Origin: Candidatus Brocadiia bacterium
Lineage (GTDB): Bacteria; Planctomycetota; MHYJ01; JACQXL01; JACQZI01
NCBI GenBank assembly: GCA_020051675.1
Contig: JAGVQN010000023.1
Location: forward strand, 1 to 41,587
Length of the DNA: 41,587 bases
Direction of reading: 5' to 3'
Shown piece by piece: positions 9,368 through 18,035 of the stretch (position 1 is the first letter of the stretch; every line of letters starts with the position of its first letter). Under the pieces are notes generated by a model. It was not told where the DNA came from, ran no database searches, and saw nothing but the letters and a program-made list of their open reading frames with translations. The position numbers were made by a program, and so were the translations under genes.

Positions 9368-11089
9368 GTAAATGTTCACTCATCCCCGTGTTATATACTA
9401 TAGAAGGCTTTTAAATACCAACATTTTTTCCGATAATATAATCATGACCGGTTCGGTTAACCTTTTACTGGAAAAGGCTCAGAACATCAAACCATCGGAA
9501 GTATTTTCATACGAAACACAAGATTTTAGAATTCTTTATGAGCGCGAATATTGGGCACACCAAGAGACTAAAAGAGGACTCCAAAAAGCCAAAGACCATA
9601 TTGAATATCTGGAAACCAAGATTCAAAAACTAGAAGGTGATATTGCCTATCTTAAGAAATTATTCTTTGATAAAAAGACAGAAGTTAATCAAAAGCCCGC
9701 TACAGAGACTAACCCGACTGCAGGCGCCAAACCGCACGGCGCTCAGACAGGCCATCCAGCGCATCATCGGAAGATTCCTTGGCATTTACCGACTCAAGAT
9801 GTGATTCATTCTCTCCAAGAAAAAGATTGTTTTTGCTCGGACTGTGGCTTACCTTTAGTAACTTTAGAAGCAGAAGAAATTTCATATGAGGTTACCACGG
9901 AAACTCGCTACATTTTGCTGAGACACCGCCGGGGAAAATATAAGAAAACCTGTCAATGTTCTCACCCGATTGTAACAGCGCCTGGACCGGTCAAACTCCT
10001 GCCCAAAGGGCTATATAGCGCGGATTTTTGGATTCAGGTGTTACTGGATAAATACGCTTATAGCATGCCGCTAAGCAGACAAATCTGTCGGATGCAATCG
10101 GCCGGAGTAAATATATCTAATGGCGTGCTGACCGACGGCTTATCGCGTTTGTCACCGATGTTAAAACCGTTATATGACCTGATGACCGGACGGCAAAATT
10201 GCCTTTGAAAAACTGGTACATGCAGATGAAACCGGCTGGTGGAATTGGGCTGGCCAATATTATTTAGAAAGCCCTGGGAAGAAGCCTCAACAGTGGCTCT
10301 GGGGATTCTTCTCTCAATTATATCATATCTTTGTGATTGACCCCAGCCGTGGGGCAAAAGTAATCAAAAAGACATTGGGGCAAGGTCCCGAACAAACCAT
10401 CATTCCAACCATATTTTGTGACCGTTATCGAGCATATCAGACCTGTGGTAATACATTAGCTTTTTGTTGGGCGCATGTGAGGCGGGATTTTATAAAACTT
10501 AAAACGAAATACCCAACCGATAATCTTATATCTACTTGGGCAAATACATGGATAAGTTTAATCGGGGACATGTATGCTCTGAATAAGTTACGTCTGGCTC
10601 ATTTGAGAGACCCGCCAATGTTTGAAGCGTTTCAAAAGCAGCTACAAGAAGTGCTGGAGAAAATGCGGAATCTAATGAATCCAGATGTCTATCGGACAAA
10701 GATTCATTTGGCACAGATTAAGAGTATGCGGCATCATTGGTCCGGTTTGACTCTATTTATCAGCGACCCGGAGATTCCCTTAGACAATAATTTGGCTGAA
10801 CGTGCTCTGCGTACTCCGGTGGTAGGTAGGAAAAACTTCTATGGCAATCATTCCGACAGGGCGGCTGAATCTACGGCTATATTTTACTCGGTGATAGCCA
10901 CCTGCAAATTACATAAAATTGAGCCTAAGAAATTCCTGAAACGCTATTTAACGACGTATACGCTAAAAGAATCCCATGCTTTAACCCAAGAACAAATGGA
11001 ATCTTTTCTCCCTCATAAATATGCCCGGATTTATCCAGAAGATATAATCAAATCCTAAGATTTCCATACGGTCATCAGTGAACATTTAC
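9368..11089 (+). mobile_element. IS66-family insertion sequence, single-ORF (ISBst12-like), 1722 bp
   Basis: Left end GTAAATGTTCACTCATCCCCGT; right end (reverse complement) GTAAATGTTCACTGATGACCGT. 8-bp direct repeat GTTGCTAG at 9360-9367 and 11090-11097. No tnpA/tnpB. Confidence 0.92.
9444..11058 (+). pseudogene. IS66 TnpC-type DDE transposase, frameshifted near 10185-10195
   Basis: Coiled coil and CxxC finger (CSDC) in frame 1. HADETGW, CDRYRAY, CWAHVRRDF and DNNLAERALR follow in the +1 frame. Confidence 0.88.
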
Positions 11090-11156
11090 GTTGCTAGCGT
11101 AGAAGGTTAACTGTACAACATACGTCGGGGGGCGGGAGGGTGGGGAGGGGGCAGCC

Positions 11157-11493
11157 TCACCCCCACCTCCATATCCCGCCACCCCAGCTACGTGATACAG
11201 CCACCCCAGTTAGTCCATATACCCACCCCGATTAGACCATACACTCACCCTAGTTAGTCTATACACTCACCCCCATTAGTCTATATACCCACCCCAGTTA
11301 GTCCATACACTCACCCTCATTAGTCTATATACCCACCCCGATTAGTCCATACACTCACCCCCATTAGTCTATACACCCACCCCAGTTAGTCCATACAGCC
11401 ACCCTCATTAGACCATACACCCACCCCAGATACGTAATGCACCCACCCCGGTTAGACCATGCCCCCACCCCGGCTACGTAATATACCCACCCC
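11157..11493. repeat. Non-coding tandem array of about 15 degenerate 22-bp units, consensus YCACCCYVRTTAGWCYATAYAC
   Basis: Unit starts at exact 22-bp steps: 11157, 11179, 11201 ... 11465, 11487. The central TTAG puts stops in all frames of both strands. Confidence 0.93.
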
Positions 11494-11709
11494 TACGGGC
11501 GGTTGGCACCACCACCCCCGCATATAAATTAAATTATGTGCGGGTTATTTTTCTTGCAGTAGAGGAAAGTATAAACACGAATGATACGAATAAAACCCGC
11601 ACCTCATGGTGGTGCGTGGATAAACATTTAAATACCGTATGAATAATCAGGGATAGGGGATTCGGAGCAGAAGAATAAAAATTTACATAGAAATTAAATA
11701 TTTCACTTG

Positions 11710-11792
11710 ACCCCGTTAGAGATATGTGATATACTATTATTAGAAACGACGGTCCTTATTAGAAATATTGAAAGTAAAATCTCTAACGGGGT
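11710..11792. mobile_element. Putative MITE-like mini-element with 14-bp terminal inverted repeats
   Basis: ACCCCGTTAGAGAT (11710-11723) and ATCTCTAACGGGGT (11779-11792); TTGA is duplicated at both junctions (11707-11710, 11792-11795). Confidence 0.65.
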
Positions 11793-11820
11793 TGACAGAA
11801 CCTCTTTTTTAGGGTAAATT
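11792..11820 (+). promoter_or_regulatory. Sigma70-type promoter for pilin cluster 1
   Basis: TTGACA-N17-TAAATT. A second candidate, TTGACC-N17-TATACT with an extended TG, lies at 11707-11735. Confidence 0.6.
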
Positions 11821-11854
11821 AATAGTGGAATAAGTTATAAGGGTGCGATTTAAT

Positions 11855-12247
11855 ATGTCAAATAAAAATAATCTAAACGGCTTCACATTAATGGAACTCA
11901 CTTTAGCCATTGTGATTTTGACCATCGGCATTATGTCGCTCATGGCAACCATCTTGCCGGCAATGAAACTGGAAGAAACATCAAGAAGTTTTGATATCGC
12001 CAAATCCGCGGCGGCCAATAAACTGGAAGAAATCGCCGGATATGATTTTAACAGCATCTGCACCGTATTCAGCGGGACTAATTTCGCGGCAGGCGAACTG
12101 GGGGACACCGCCGGTTATATCAGCATCGACAACTCAAATACGGAATTGCTTGATATAACCGTAACAATCAGCTGGTCAAGCACGGCTTTTCAAAACACCC
12201 CTTTAAGTTTACAGATGAAAACAATGCTCACGAGGTCAGACCAATGA
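11855..12247 (+). CDS. Prepilin-type N-terminal cleavage/methylation protein (PilV/GspI-like minor pilin)
   Basis: MSNKNNLNG|FTLMELTLAIVILTIG class III signal with Glu5; small globular C-terminus ending VTISW. Confidence 0.85.
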   Translation: MSNKNNLNGFTLMELTLAIVILTIGIMSLMATILPAMKLEETSRSFDIAKSAAANKLEEIAGYDFNSICTVFSGTNFAAGELGDTAGYISIDNSNTELLDITVTISWSSTAFQNTPLSLQMKTMLTRSDQ

Positions 12248-13044
12248 TTATGAATAAAACACGGAAATCCCCTAACTTGAGATTGCCGCGCCCCGTTGGG
12301 GCTCGTCCCGATGTCCATCGGGGCGAGGGAACAAAGAGACCGAAGCAATCTCAAGGTTTTACTTTAATGGAACTGGTTATCACCATGTCAATCCTGGCAT
12401 TAATATTAACCCTGATATTATCCATGTTTATGAAAACCCAGGAAAGTTTCGACTTCTCCAGCAACAAAGCGTGGCTCGAAACGCGCGCTTCATCGCTGAT
12501 AGACCGCATGACCCAATACCTGCCGGAATGTAAAATAGTTTCCGCTCCCGTCACCGGCACCCACCACGGCTCTATTACCATCCAGGTGCCTGTCCTGGTA
12601 ACCGGCACTTACTGGTCTGCGGATGGCAGCTCCATTAACTGGGGAGCAAAGGACCAGCTGGGCTGGACATTAACATACCAGTATGTCGTTTCAAAAACTA
12701 TTTCGGAAACCGCAACCGGTTTTGATTATAACGGCGACGGCGACCTTGGCGAATCATATGATTCGGGTGAAATCCAGATGGTCTTCAAAGATTCAGTCGG
12801 CACGGTGCAAAACACCTACTCCATAGGAAACGATATCGTAACTGTCCATACTAATTGGGAAAACGATTTAGACGGCGACGGCGCTCTTGACCCCATCTTC
12901 TACCGCGTCAACCAATCCGGAACAGAAAGCACCATTAACGGAAACAGGATTATCGTCAATTTCTTTATGATTACCATAGACGGAAAAGGACGGGTTATAT
13001 TCATGCATAAAAAAGAATCCCGAACATTAAGGAATCCGCAATGA
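12244..13044 (+). CDS. Prepilin-type protein (PilW/GspJ-like minor pilin)
   Basis: QG|FTLMELVITMSILALIL; ATGA overlaps with both neighbours; DYNGDGD and DLDGDG Ca-binding-like loops. Confidence 0.85.
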   Translation: MIMNKTRKSPNLRLPRPVGARPDVHRGEGTKRPKQSQGFTLMELVITMSILALILTLILSMFMKTQESFDFSSNKAWLETRASSLIDRMTQYLPECKIVSAPVTGTHHGSITIQVPVLVTGTYWSADGSSINWGAKDQLGWTLTYQYVVSKTISETATGFDYNGDGDLGESYDSGEIQMVFKDSVGTVQNTYSIGNDIVTVHTNWENDLDGDGALDPIFYRVNQSGTESTINGNRIIVNFFMITIDGKGRVIFMHKKESRTLRNPQ

Positions 13045-14369
13045 TGAAAAAGAATAAAGGCTCTGCGTTATTTACCTCGCTGGTCGTCATTATCATGGTT
13101 TTGGGGCTGGTGCTTGCTTATTTCGGGCTGGCTATCTCCCAGAATAAGCAAACCATGCAAGGCGCACAGGTAAGCAATGTAAAACAGATTGCCAATGCCG
13201 GCCTGGAAATGGCGCGCCTGGCGCTCCTTACCGGCCATGCCGATAAATGGGATGATGAACTGACGACAAGCCATAATAATGAATTATCCTATAATCCCAA
13301 TGATACGCCGGTTAACGCCGGTACAAATCCCGCTCTCTTCCAATGGGCGCGGGATATCAGCTATAACGACGGCCGTTACTGGGTTATTATTTACGATAAC
13401 AACGATGGCGACGGCAACCTCTTCACGGATAAAGACGATAAAGTAAACGTCAAGGTGAAGAGCTTTATTTCCGCCTCAACCATAAATCCCGCCATACCGA
13501 CCGAAAGCATAATAATCGCTATGCTGCGCTACAAGCCGCCCCTTTACCAGCCAAATGCGGCAATCGTCTCGGGCGGCGATATGAAAATAAGCGGCAACCC
13601 TGAAATATTAGGCGCTAACGGAACCGTTATAGTCAACGGCAATATCGATATCGGAGGCAATTCAACCATCGCCCAGGATGTCATTGCGACCGGTGAAATC
13701 AATATAACCGGCATCCCGTCAATCGGCGGCGACCAGCAGGAATTCGCACCCCCGCCGGATATCCCCCCGATAACCCCGTCCGATTACTATTCCTACCGCG
13801 ACTACCGCCTTGCTTCAAACGGCAAAGTCTATGACACCTCGGAAACAATGGTCTGGGATACCATCGCTTCCGGCGCATACCAGGGCTGGTTATATGACGG
13901 CGCGGGCAAATGGACCTTAAATGGCGATTCAGCGGCAAATCATACATATTATATAGAAGGCAATGTAAAGATTTCCGGCAATCCCGGCTCGGCCGAAATC
14001 CCCTGGCGCACGACATTGATTATAACCGGTTATCTTGATATCTCCGGCAGCCCCAAAATAGCCCCGAATGAACCGGGAACTTTGTATATCGTAGGGAAAG
14101 ATGTCAAAATAAGCGGCGCCAATTACCAGCAGACCGAACAGGCATTGATTGCCGCCCATGAACAGGTTAATATCTCCGGAACATCTTCTTACCTGGGCTC
14201 AATACTCGCGGAAGATGCCGAAGATATTTGCAGCCTGGTTACCAGCAAAAGCGAGCTCTCCATGGATATCAGCGGCAATCCGACCGTGACTTATAACGGC
14301 TCTTTAACCACCATACTAAAAGCAGGCGACCCGGTAGTAATAATACTTGGAAGAAAAGATGAGAAATAG
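13041..14369 (+). CDS. PilX/GspK-like minor pilin with probable C-terminal beta-solenoid
   Basis: KKNKG|SALFTSLVVII (no Glu5), A-x-AG-L/E motif, repeated 'xISGNPxI'-type strands. Confidence 0.8.
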   Translation: MMKKNKGSALFTSLVVIIMVLGLVLAYFGLAISQNKQTMQGAQVSNVKQIANAGLEMARLALLTGHADKWDDELTTSHNNELSYNPNDTPVNAGTNPALFQWARDISYNDGRYWVIIYDNNDGDGNLFTDKDDKVNVKVKSFISASTINPAIPTESIIIAMLRYKPPLYQPNAAIVSGGDMKISGNPEILGANGTVIVNGNIDIGGNSTIAQDVIATGEINITGIPSIGGDQQEFAPPPDIPPITPSDYYSYRDYRLASNGKVYDTSETMVWDTIASGAYQGWLYDGAGKWTLNGDSAANHTYYIEGNVKISGNPGSAEIPWRTTLIITGYLDISGSPKIAPNEPGTLYIVGKDVKISGANYQQTEQALIAAHEQVNISGTSSYLGSILAEDAEDICSLVTSKSELSMDISGNPTVTYNGSLTTILKAGDPVVIILGRKDEK

Positions 14370-14453
14370 TAAACACGAAGACACGGAAGAACACCACGAA
14401 AACACGAAACGGAAGGCATAAAAAACGGAAAGAATAGAGACGGAAACATAGAA

Positions 14454-14825
14454 ATGGGTAATTATAAATTTGAGGAGATAACCAGTAAAATTATAGGGGC
14501 CGCCGTCAATGTCCATAAGACGTTAAAATCTGGATTGCCTGAGAATATATACCAACGGGCATTAAAAATAGAATTACGGAATCAAAAAGTAGCTGTAGAA
14601 ACGGAGAAGGAAATAAAAATATACTACGAAGGCGAAAAAGTTGGCACGCAAAGATTGGATTTGGTTGTAAACAATATGGTGATTGTTGAATTAAAAGCCA
14701 TAAAAGGATTGGAAGACATAAATAAAGCCCAATTATTATCTTATTTGAAAGCAAGCGGATTAAAAATAGGATTATTATTAAACTTCGGAAAACCGGTATT
14801 GGAAATAAAAAGATTAGTAATGTGA
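14454..14825 (+). CDS. GxxExxY protein (PD-(D/E)XK-like)
   Basis: GLPENIY, RLDLVV, IVELKA, QLLSYLK, GLLLNFG motifs; flanked by ACACGAA/TTCGTG repeats. Confidence 0.92.
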   Translation: MGNYKFEEITSKIIGAAVNVHKTLKSGLPENIYQRALKIELRNQKVAVETEKEIKIYYEGEKVGTQRLDLVVNNMVIVELKAIKGLEDINKAQLLSYLKASGLKIGLLLNFGKPVLEIKRLVM

Positions 14826-14920
14826 TACACGAAAACACAGAATTGCTGCTCGAAGACACGGAATTTTTCGTGCTTTCGTGTATTAAGTTTCGTGCTTTCG
14901 TGTAACGGAAAGGAGAATAT

Positions 14921-16252
14921 ATGATAAACAACACGCCACTTAGAACGGGGGAGCGGGGCGCGGCACTTTTCATTTCTCTAATCGTCCTCTTCATGGTTCT
15001 GGCTATTTCGGTTTCTTACTCGGAACTCACGTTTACCCAAAACAAAGCGGTCAACAGCGCGATTAACTACGCCACCGCCTCGGAAACCGTCATGGCAGGC
15101 TTTGACATGACCAGGGTGGTTTTAGGAACAGGCCACTCCAACGGCTGGGATGACGAGCTGGTTACCAGTAATAATAACAAAGCTACTTATTCCGAAGGCG
15201 ATGCCCCACTCACAGTCGGAACATCAACCGCCGGATTCCAGTGGGCGCGTAAAATAGCCTATGAAAATGGGTGGTTTGTTACCGAGATTATAGATAATAA
15301 TGACGGGGACGGCGACCTCCTGAATGATTTTGACAGTAAAGTAATTATAAAAGTCACCTCCCAGCTTCCGGATGGCTCAATCAGCGAAGTGCAATCACTT
15401 GTGCGTTACCTGCCTCCGGTTTACGAGCCGGATACGGCTATCGTAACCAACGGCACACTCCAGCTTGACGGCAACGCCACGATTACCGGAACCAACGGGA
15501 CCATCTATGCCAATGATGACGTTGAAATAAAAGGAGCGGCAGTGGTTTTGCAGGATGTCTATTCAACCGGCACGGTTACCGGAGATGAAAAAGTCGGCGG
15601 GACGTGTTACGAAGGCGCCGCGCCCACGGACGTCCCGGGAATCACCCCGTCCGACTATGCCAACCTCATGGATTATCGCATGGCAAGCGACGGCAAGATA
15701 TACACCGCGGCAGGCGCTTTGGTCGGCAATGCCGCTGCCGGGCAGGTGCTGGGCTGGGATTTCATCACCGCCGGAGGCAAAAACGAATGGAAATATAACG
15801 CCGCCGCCTGCAACAACGGAACTTTTTACGTTGAAGGCGCGAGAGATGTTGATATCGCCGGCTCGCCGGGCAGTATCGCCGTTCCCTGGCAATTAACGCT
15901 CCTGGCAACGGGAAATGTCAAAATCACCGGCTCGCCGGTAATGACGCCGGATGAAACCGGGGTATGTATCATGGCGGGAAAGGATATATCCTGCGCCGGT
16001 AATCTTACGGTTCTTGATGGCGTGGTCGGCTGCCACGAGCAAATGGAAATAGCCGGTTCAGTTAACATCCAGGGAAACCTTGTCATTGAAGACGCAACCG
16101 ATTCCGTAGGAAGCCTGGTAACCCTTAAACCAAATGCCTTTGACGTCGCCATCGGCGGTTCAGCCATTATTAATTATAACGGAGGCTTGACCACCTTCCT
16201 GGAAGCCGGCGACCCGTGTCTTGTAATAATGGGCTTAAAAATAATAAGATGA
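14921..16252 (+). CDS. Second PilX-like minor pilin, paralog of 13041-14369
   Basis: ERG|AALFISLIVL; shares WDDEL, FQWAR, DNNDGDG, ITPSDY and AGDP blocks with the upstream paralog; SD AAGGAG. Confidence 0.8.
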   Translation: MINNTPLRTGERGAALFISLIVLFMVLAISVSYSELTFTQNKAVNSAINYATASETVMAGFDMTRVVLGTGHSNGWDDELVTSNNNKATYSEGDAPLTVGTSTAGFQWARKIAYENGWFVTEIIDNNDGDGDLLNDFDSKVIIKVTSQLPDGSISEVQSLVRYLPPVYEPDTAIVTNGTLQLDGNATITGTNGTIYANDDVEIKGAAVVLQDVYSTGTVTGDEKVGGTCYEGAAPTDVPGITPSDYANLMDYRMASDGKIYTAAGALVGNAAAGQVLGWDFITAGGKNEWKYNAAACNNGTFYVEGARDVDIAGSPGSIAVPWQLTLLATGNVKITGSPVMTPDETGVCIMAGKDISCAGNLTVLDGVVGCHEQMEIAGSVNIQGNLVIEDATDSVGSLVTLKPNAFDVAIGGSAIINYNGGLTTFLEAGDPCLVIMGLKIIR

Positions 16253-17772
16253 GAAACAAAATTCATTTGTCAGTTGTTAGTTGTCAGTTGTTAGTTGTCA
16301 GCTGTTTGTTGTTAACAGGATTGTTAGCATTTGCATATATCGTCCCGTTGTCCGCGGATACCGTGACCTTAAAAAACGGCTCAACACTGGAAGGCATCGT
16401 CGTTTCGGAAGACGAAGAATCCATCATCCTTGATGCGGATGATATGAAAATGACCATTAAAAAGAAGGATATCGAATCCATTACCAAATCCGAATATATA
16501 CCGCCTTCGGAAAGCTATAAACCGCCCGAGGTAAAACCAAAAAACCCACTCCCCGCTGAGATTAATCCCGTAAAGCCTATTACACCCTCAGACTCAACAA
16601 AACCTGATTTCTCTTCAGATTCCGGCGCAAACAACATATCCGGAATCGCCTTAAGCGATGAGGGCAAGACTCCTGAACAAATAGAGATAAACAATCTCTT
16701 GAGGAAACTCGTCGATAAGAACGAAAAAGAACCATGGAAAATATCGCCTGAATTAACCGAAAAAGGAAAAAGCGATACCGCCTACCTAATATCACTGATG
16801 GCCTTACCTTCAAACGACGCCAATATTAGACGCTGGATTATTTACTCCCTGGGGCAGATAATGCAAAGCAGCAGTCCCGCCTTGGCGGAAACCGCAGCAG
16901 CGTCGGGAGAAAAACCCACAGACAATGAACAAATCATCAATGCGCTCAAATTGGTATTATCCGACCCGGATGAAATAATCCGCTCTGCGGCAGTGGAAGC
17001 GCTCGGTCATTTTAAGGCACCTGAAAAAACAGCGTATTTAAAACCTGCCTCGCCGGCAGGCAGGGAGGAAAAAGATGTTTTAGGACAGCTTAAAAACCTG
17101 ATGAAATCAATTATGGAAACGGATACTTCTGTTTCCGTCCGTTTCCAGGCGATTAACAACCTCGCCGCCTGGTATGATTTTTCCGCGATTCCGCCTTTAA
17201 TTAAAGCGCTCGGCAATGAGGACGGCACAATCCGTTCGGCCGCTTCAGACGCGCTGGTAAAATTCATCAACCTGCCAGAAGAAGAGCAAGCAAAATACAC
17301 AAACCCGCCTGCCGCCGAGGCAAGAATCACTTATGATATCATCCCGATGCTCCTGCCAAAGCTAAGGGAGGATAAATTGCTCATCCGCAAGGAAATACTG
17401 GCTATTCTGGGTAAGGTAAAGGATAAACGCGCCTTTGACACTTTAAAGCAATTGATTGCCGACCGAGACCCGGAAATCAGGATGCTCGCCGTGGTTGCTT
17501 TGGGAAGCATGGTGGATAAAGAGACCGTTGATGTATTGCTTGATATGATGGAAAACGACCCTGATAAAACAACCAGGATACAAATACTGCAGGTATTGCA
17601 AACCCTTAAGATGCAAGAAACAATACCGCGCATTATAGAACTCCTCAAAGACCCTGATAAAGAAATCCGCTATTCCGCCTCGCGGGCATTGCGGCAAATC
17701 ACCGGCAAGGCGCTGGGCGCCACCTATGAATTATGGAAAGACTGGTGGGATAAGCTTCAGGGGATTAAGTAA
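16249..17772 (+). CDS. Exported HEAT-repeat protein
   Basis: Signal peptide ending PLSA|DTVTLKNG, Pro-rich linker, several 'L.DPD.EIR..A..ALG' HEAT repeats; ATG overlaps the upstream stop. Confidence 0.85.
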   Translation: MRNKIHLSVVSCQLLVVSCLLLTGLLAFAYIVPLSADTVTLKNGSTLEGIVVSEDEESIILDADDMKMTIKKKDIESITKSEYIPPSESYKPPEVKPKNPLPAEINPVKPITPSDSTKPDFSSDSGANNISGIALSDEGKTPEQIEINNLLRKLVDKNEKEPWKISPELTEKGKSDTAYLISLMALPSNDANIRRWIIYSLGQIMQSSSPALAETAAASGEKPTDNEQIINALKLVLSDPDEIIRSAAVEALGHFKAPEKTAYLKPASPAGREEKDVLGQLKNLMKSIMETDTSVSVRFQAINNLAAWYDFSAIPPLIKALGNEDGTIRSAASDALVKFINLPEEEQAKYTNPPAAEARITYDIIPMLLPKLREDKLLIRKEILAILGKVKDKRAFDTLKQLIADRDPEIRMLAVVALGSMVDKETVDVLLDMMENDPDKTTRIQILQVLQTLKMQETIPRIIELLKDPDKEIRYSASRALRQITGKALGATYELWKDWWDKLQGIK

Positions 17773-17947
17773 AGATTAACACTCCGCTTGTGAATCCTGA
17801 CAAATCGTGTTATGGGTTTAGCTCAATTATTCGGAGGTGATTTAATACCTGTATGAACGGTTCACACTGGTAGTTGAACGGTTGAACGCATGCGTGGAAA
17901 GGGTCACCGCATGCGGGGTTAATTATTCATAATGGGATCCCGAATCC

Positions 17948-17966
17948 CGTCCCGCAAAGCGGGACG
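17948..17966. terminator. GC-rich hairpin between convergent operons (terminator or REP-like)
   Basis: CGTCCCGC-AAA-GCGGGACG perfect 8-bp stem inside a larger CCCGA...TCGGG frame; no clear U-tract. Confidence 0.45.
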
Positions 17967-18035
17967 TGGTCGGGGGGACAGAAAGAAAAGTTATTATGGG
18001 TTATGTTCCGCGAAAGGACGATGATTTATTTAATC

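Noticed and set aside
10185-10208. Programmed frameshift or TGA readthrough in the transposase
   Set aside because: The continuation is in the +1 frame, so readthrough cannot join the halves, and no canonical slippery heptamer is evident. A small insertion explains it more simply.
11157-11493. CRISPR array interpretation of the 22-bp repeats
   Set aside because: Units are directly adjacent with no unique spacers, are degenerate, and no cas genes are in the window.
13041-16252. Diversity-generating retroelement acting on the paired PilX genes
   Set aside because: No reverse transcriptase, and no near-identical template/variable repeat pair with adenine-specific differences; the paralogs are broadly diverged.
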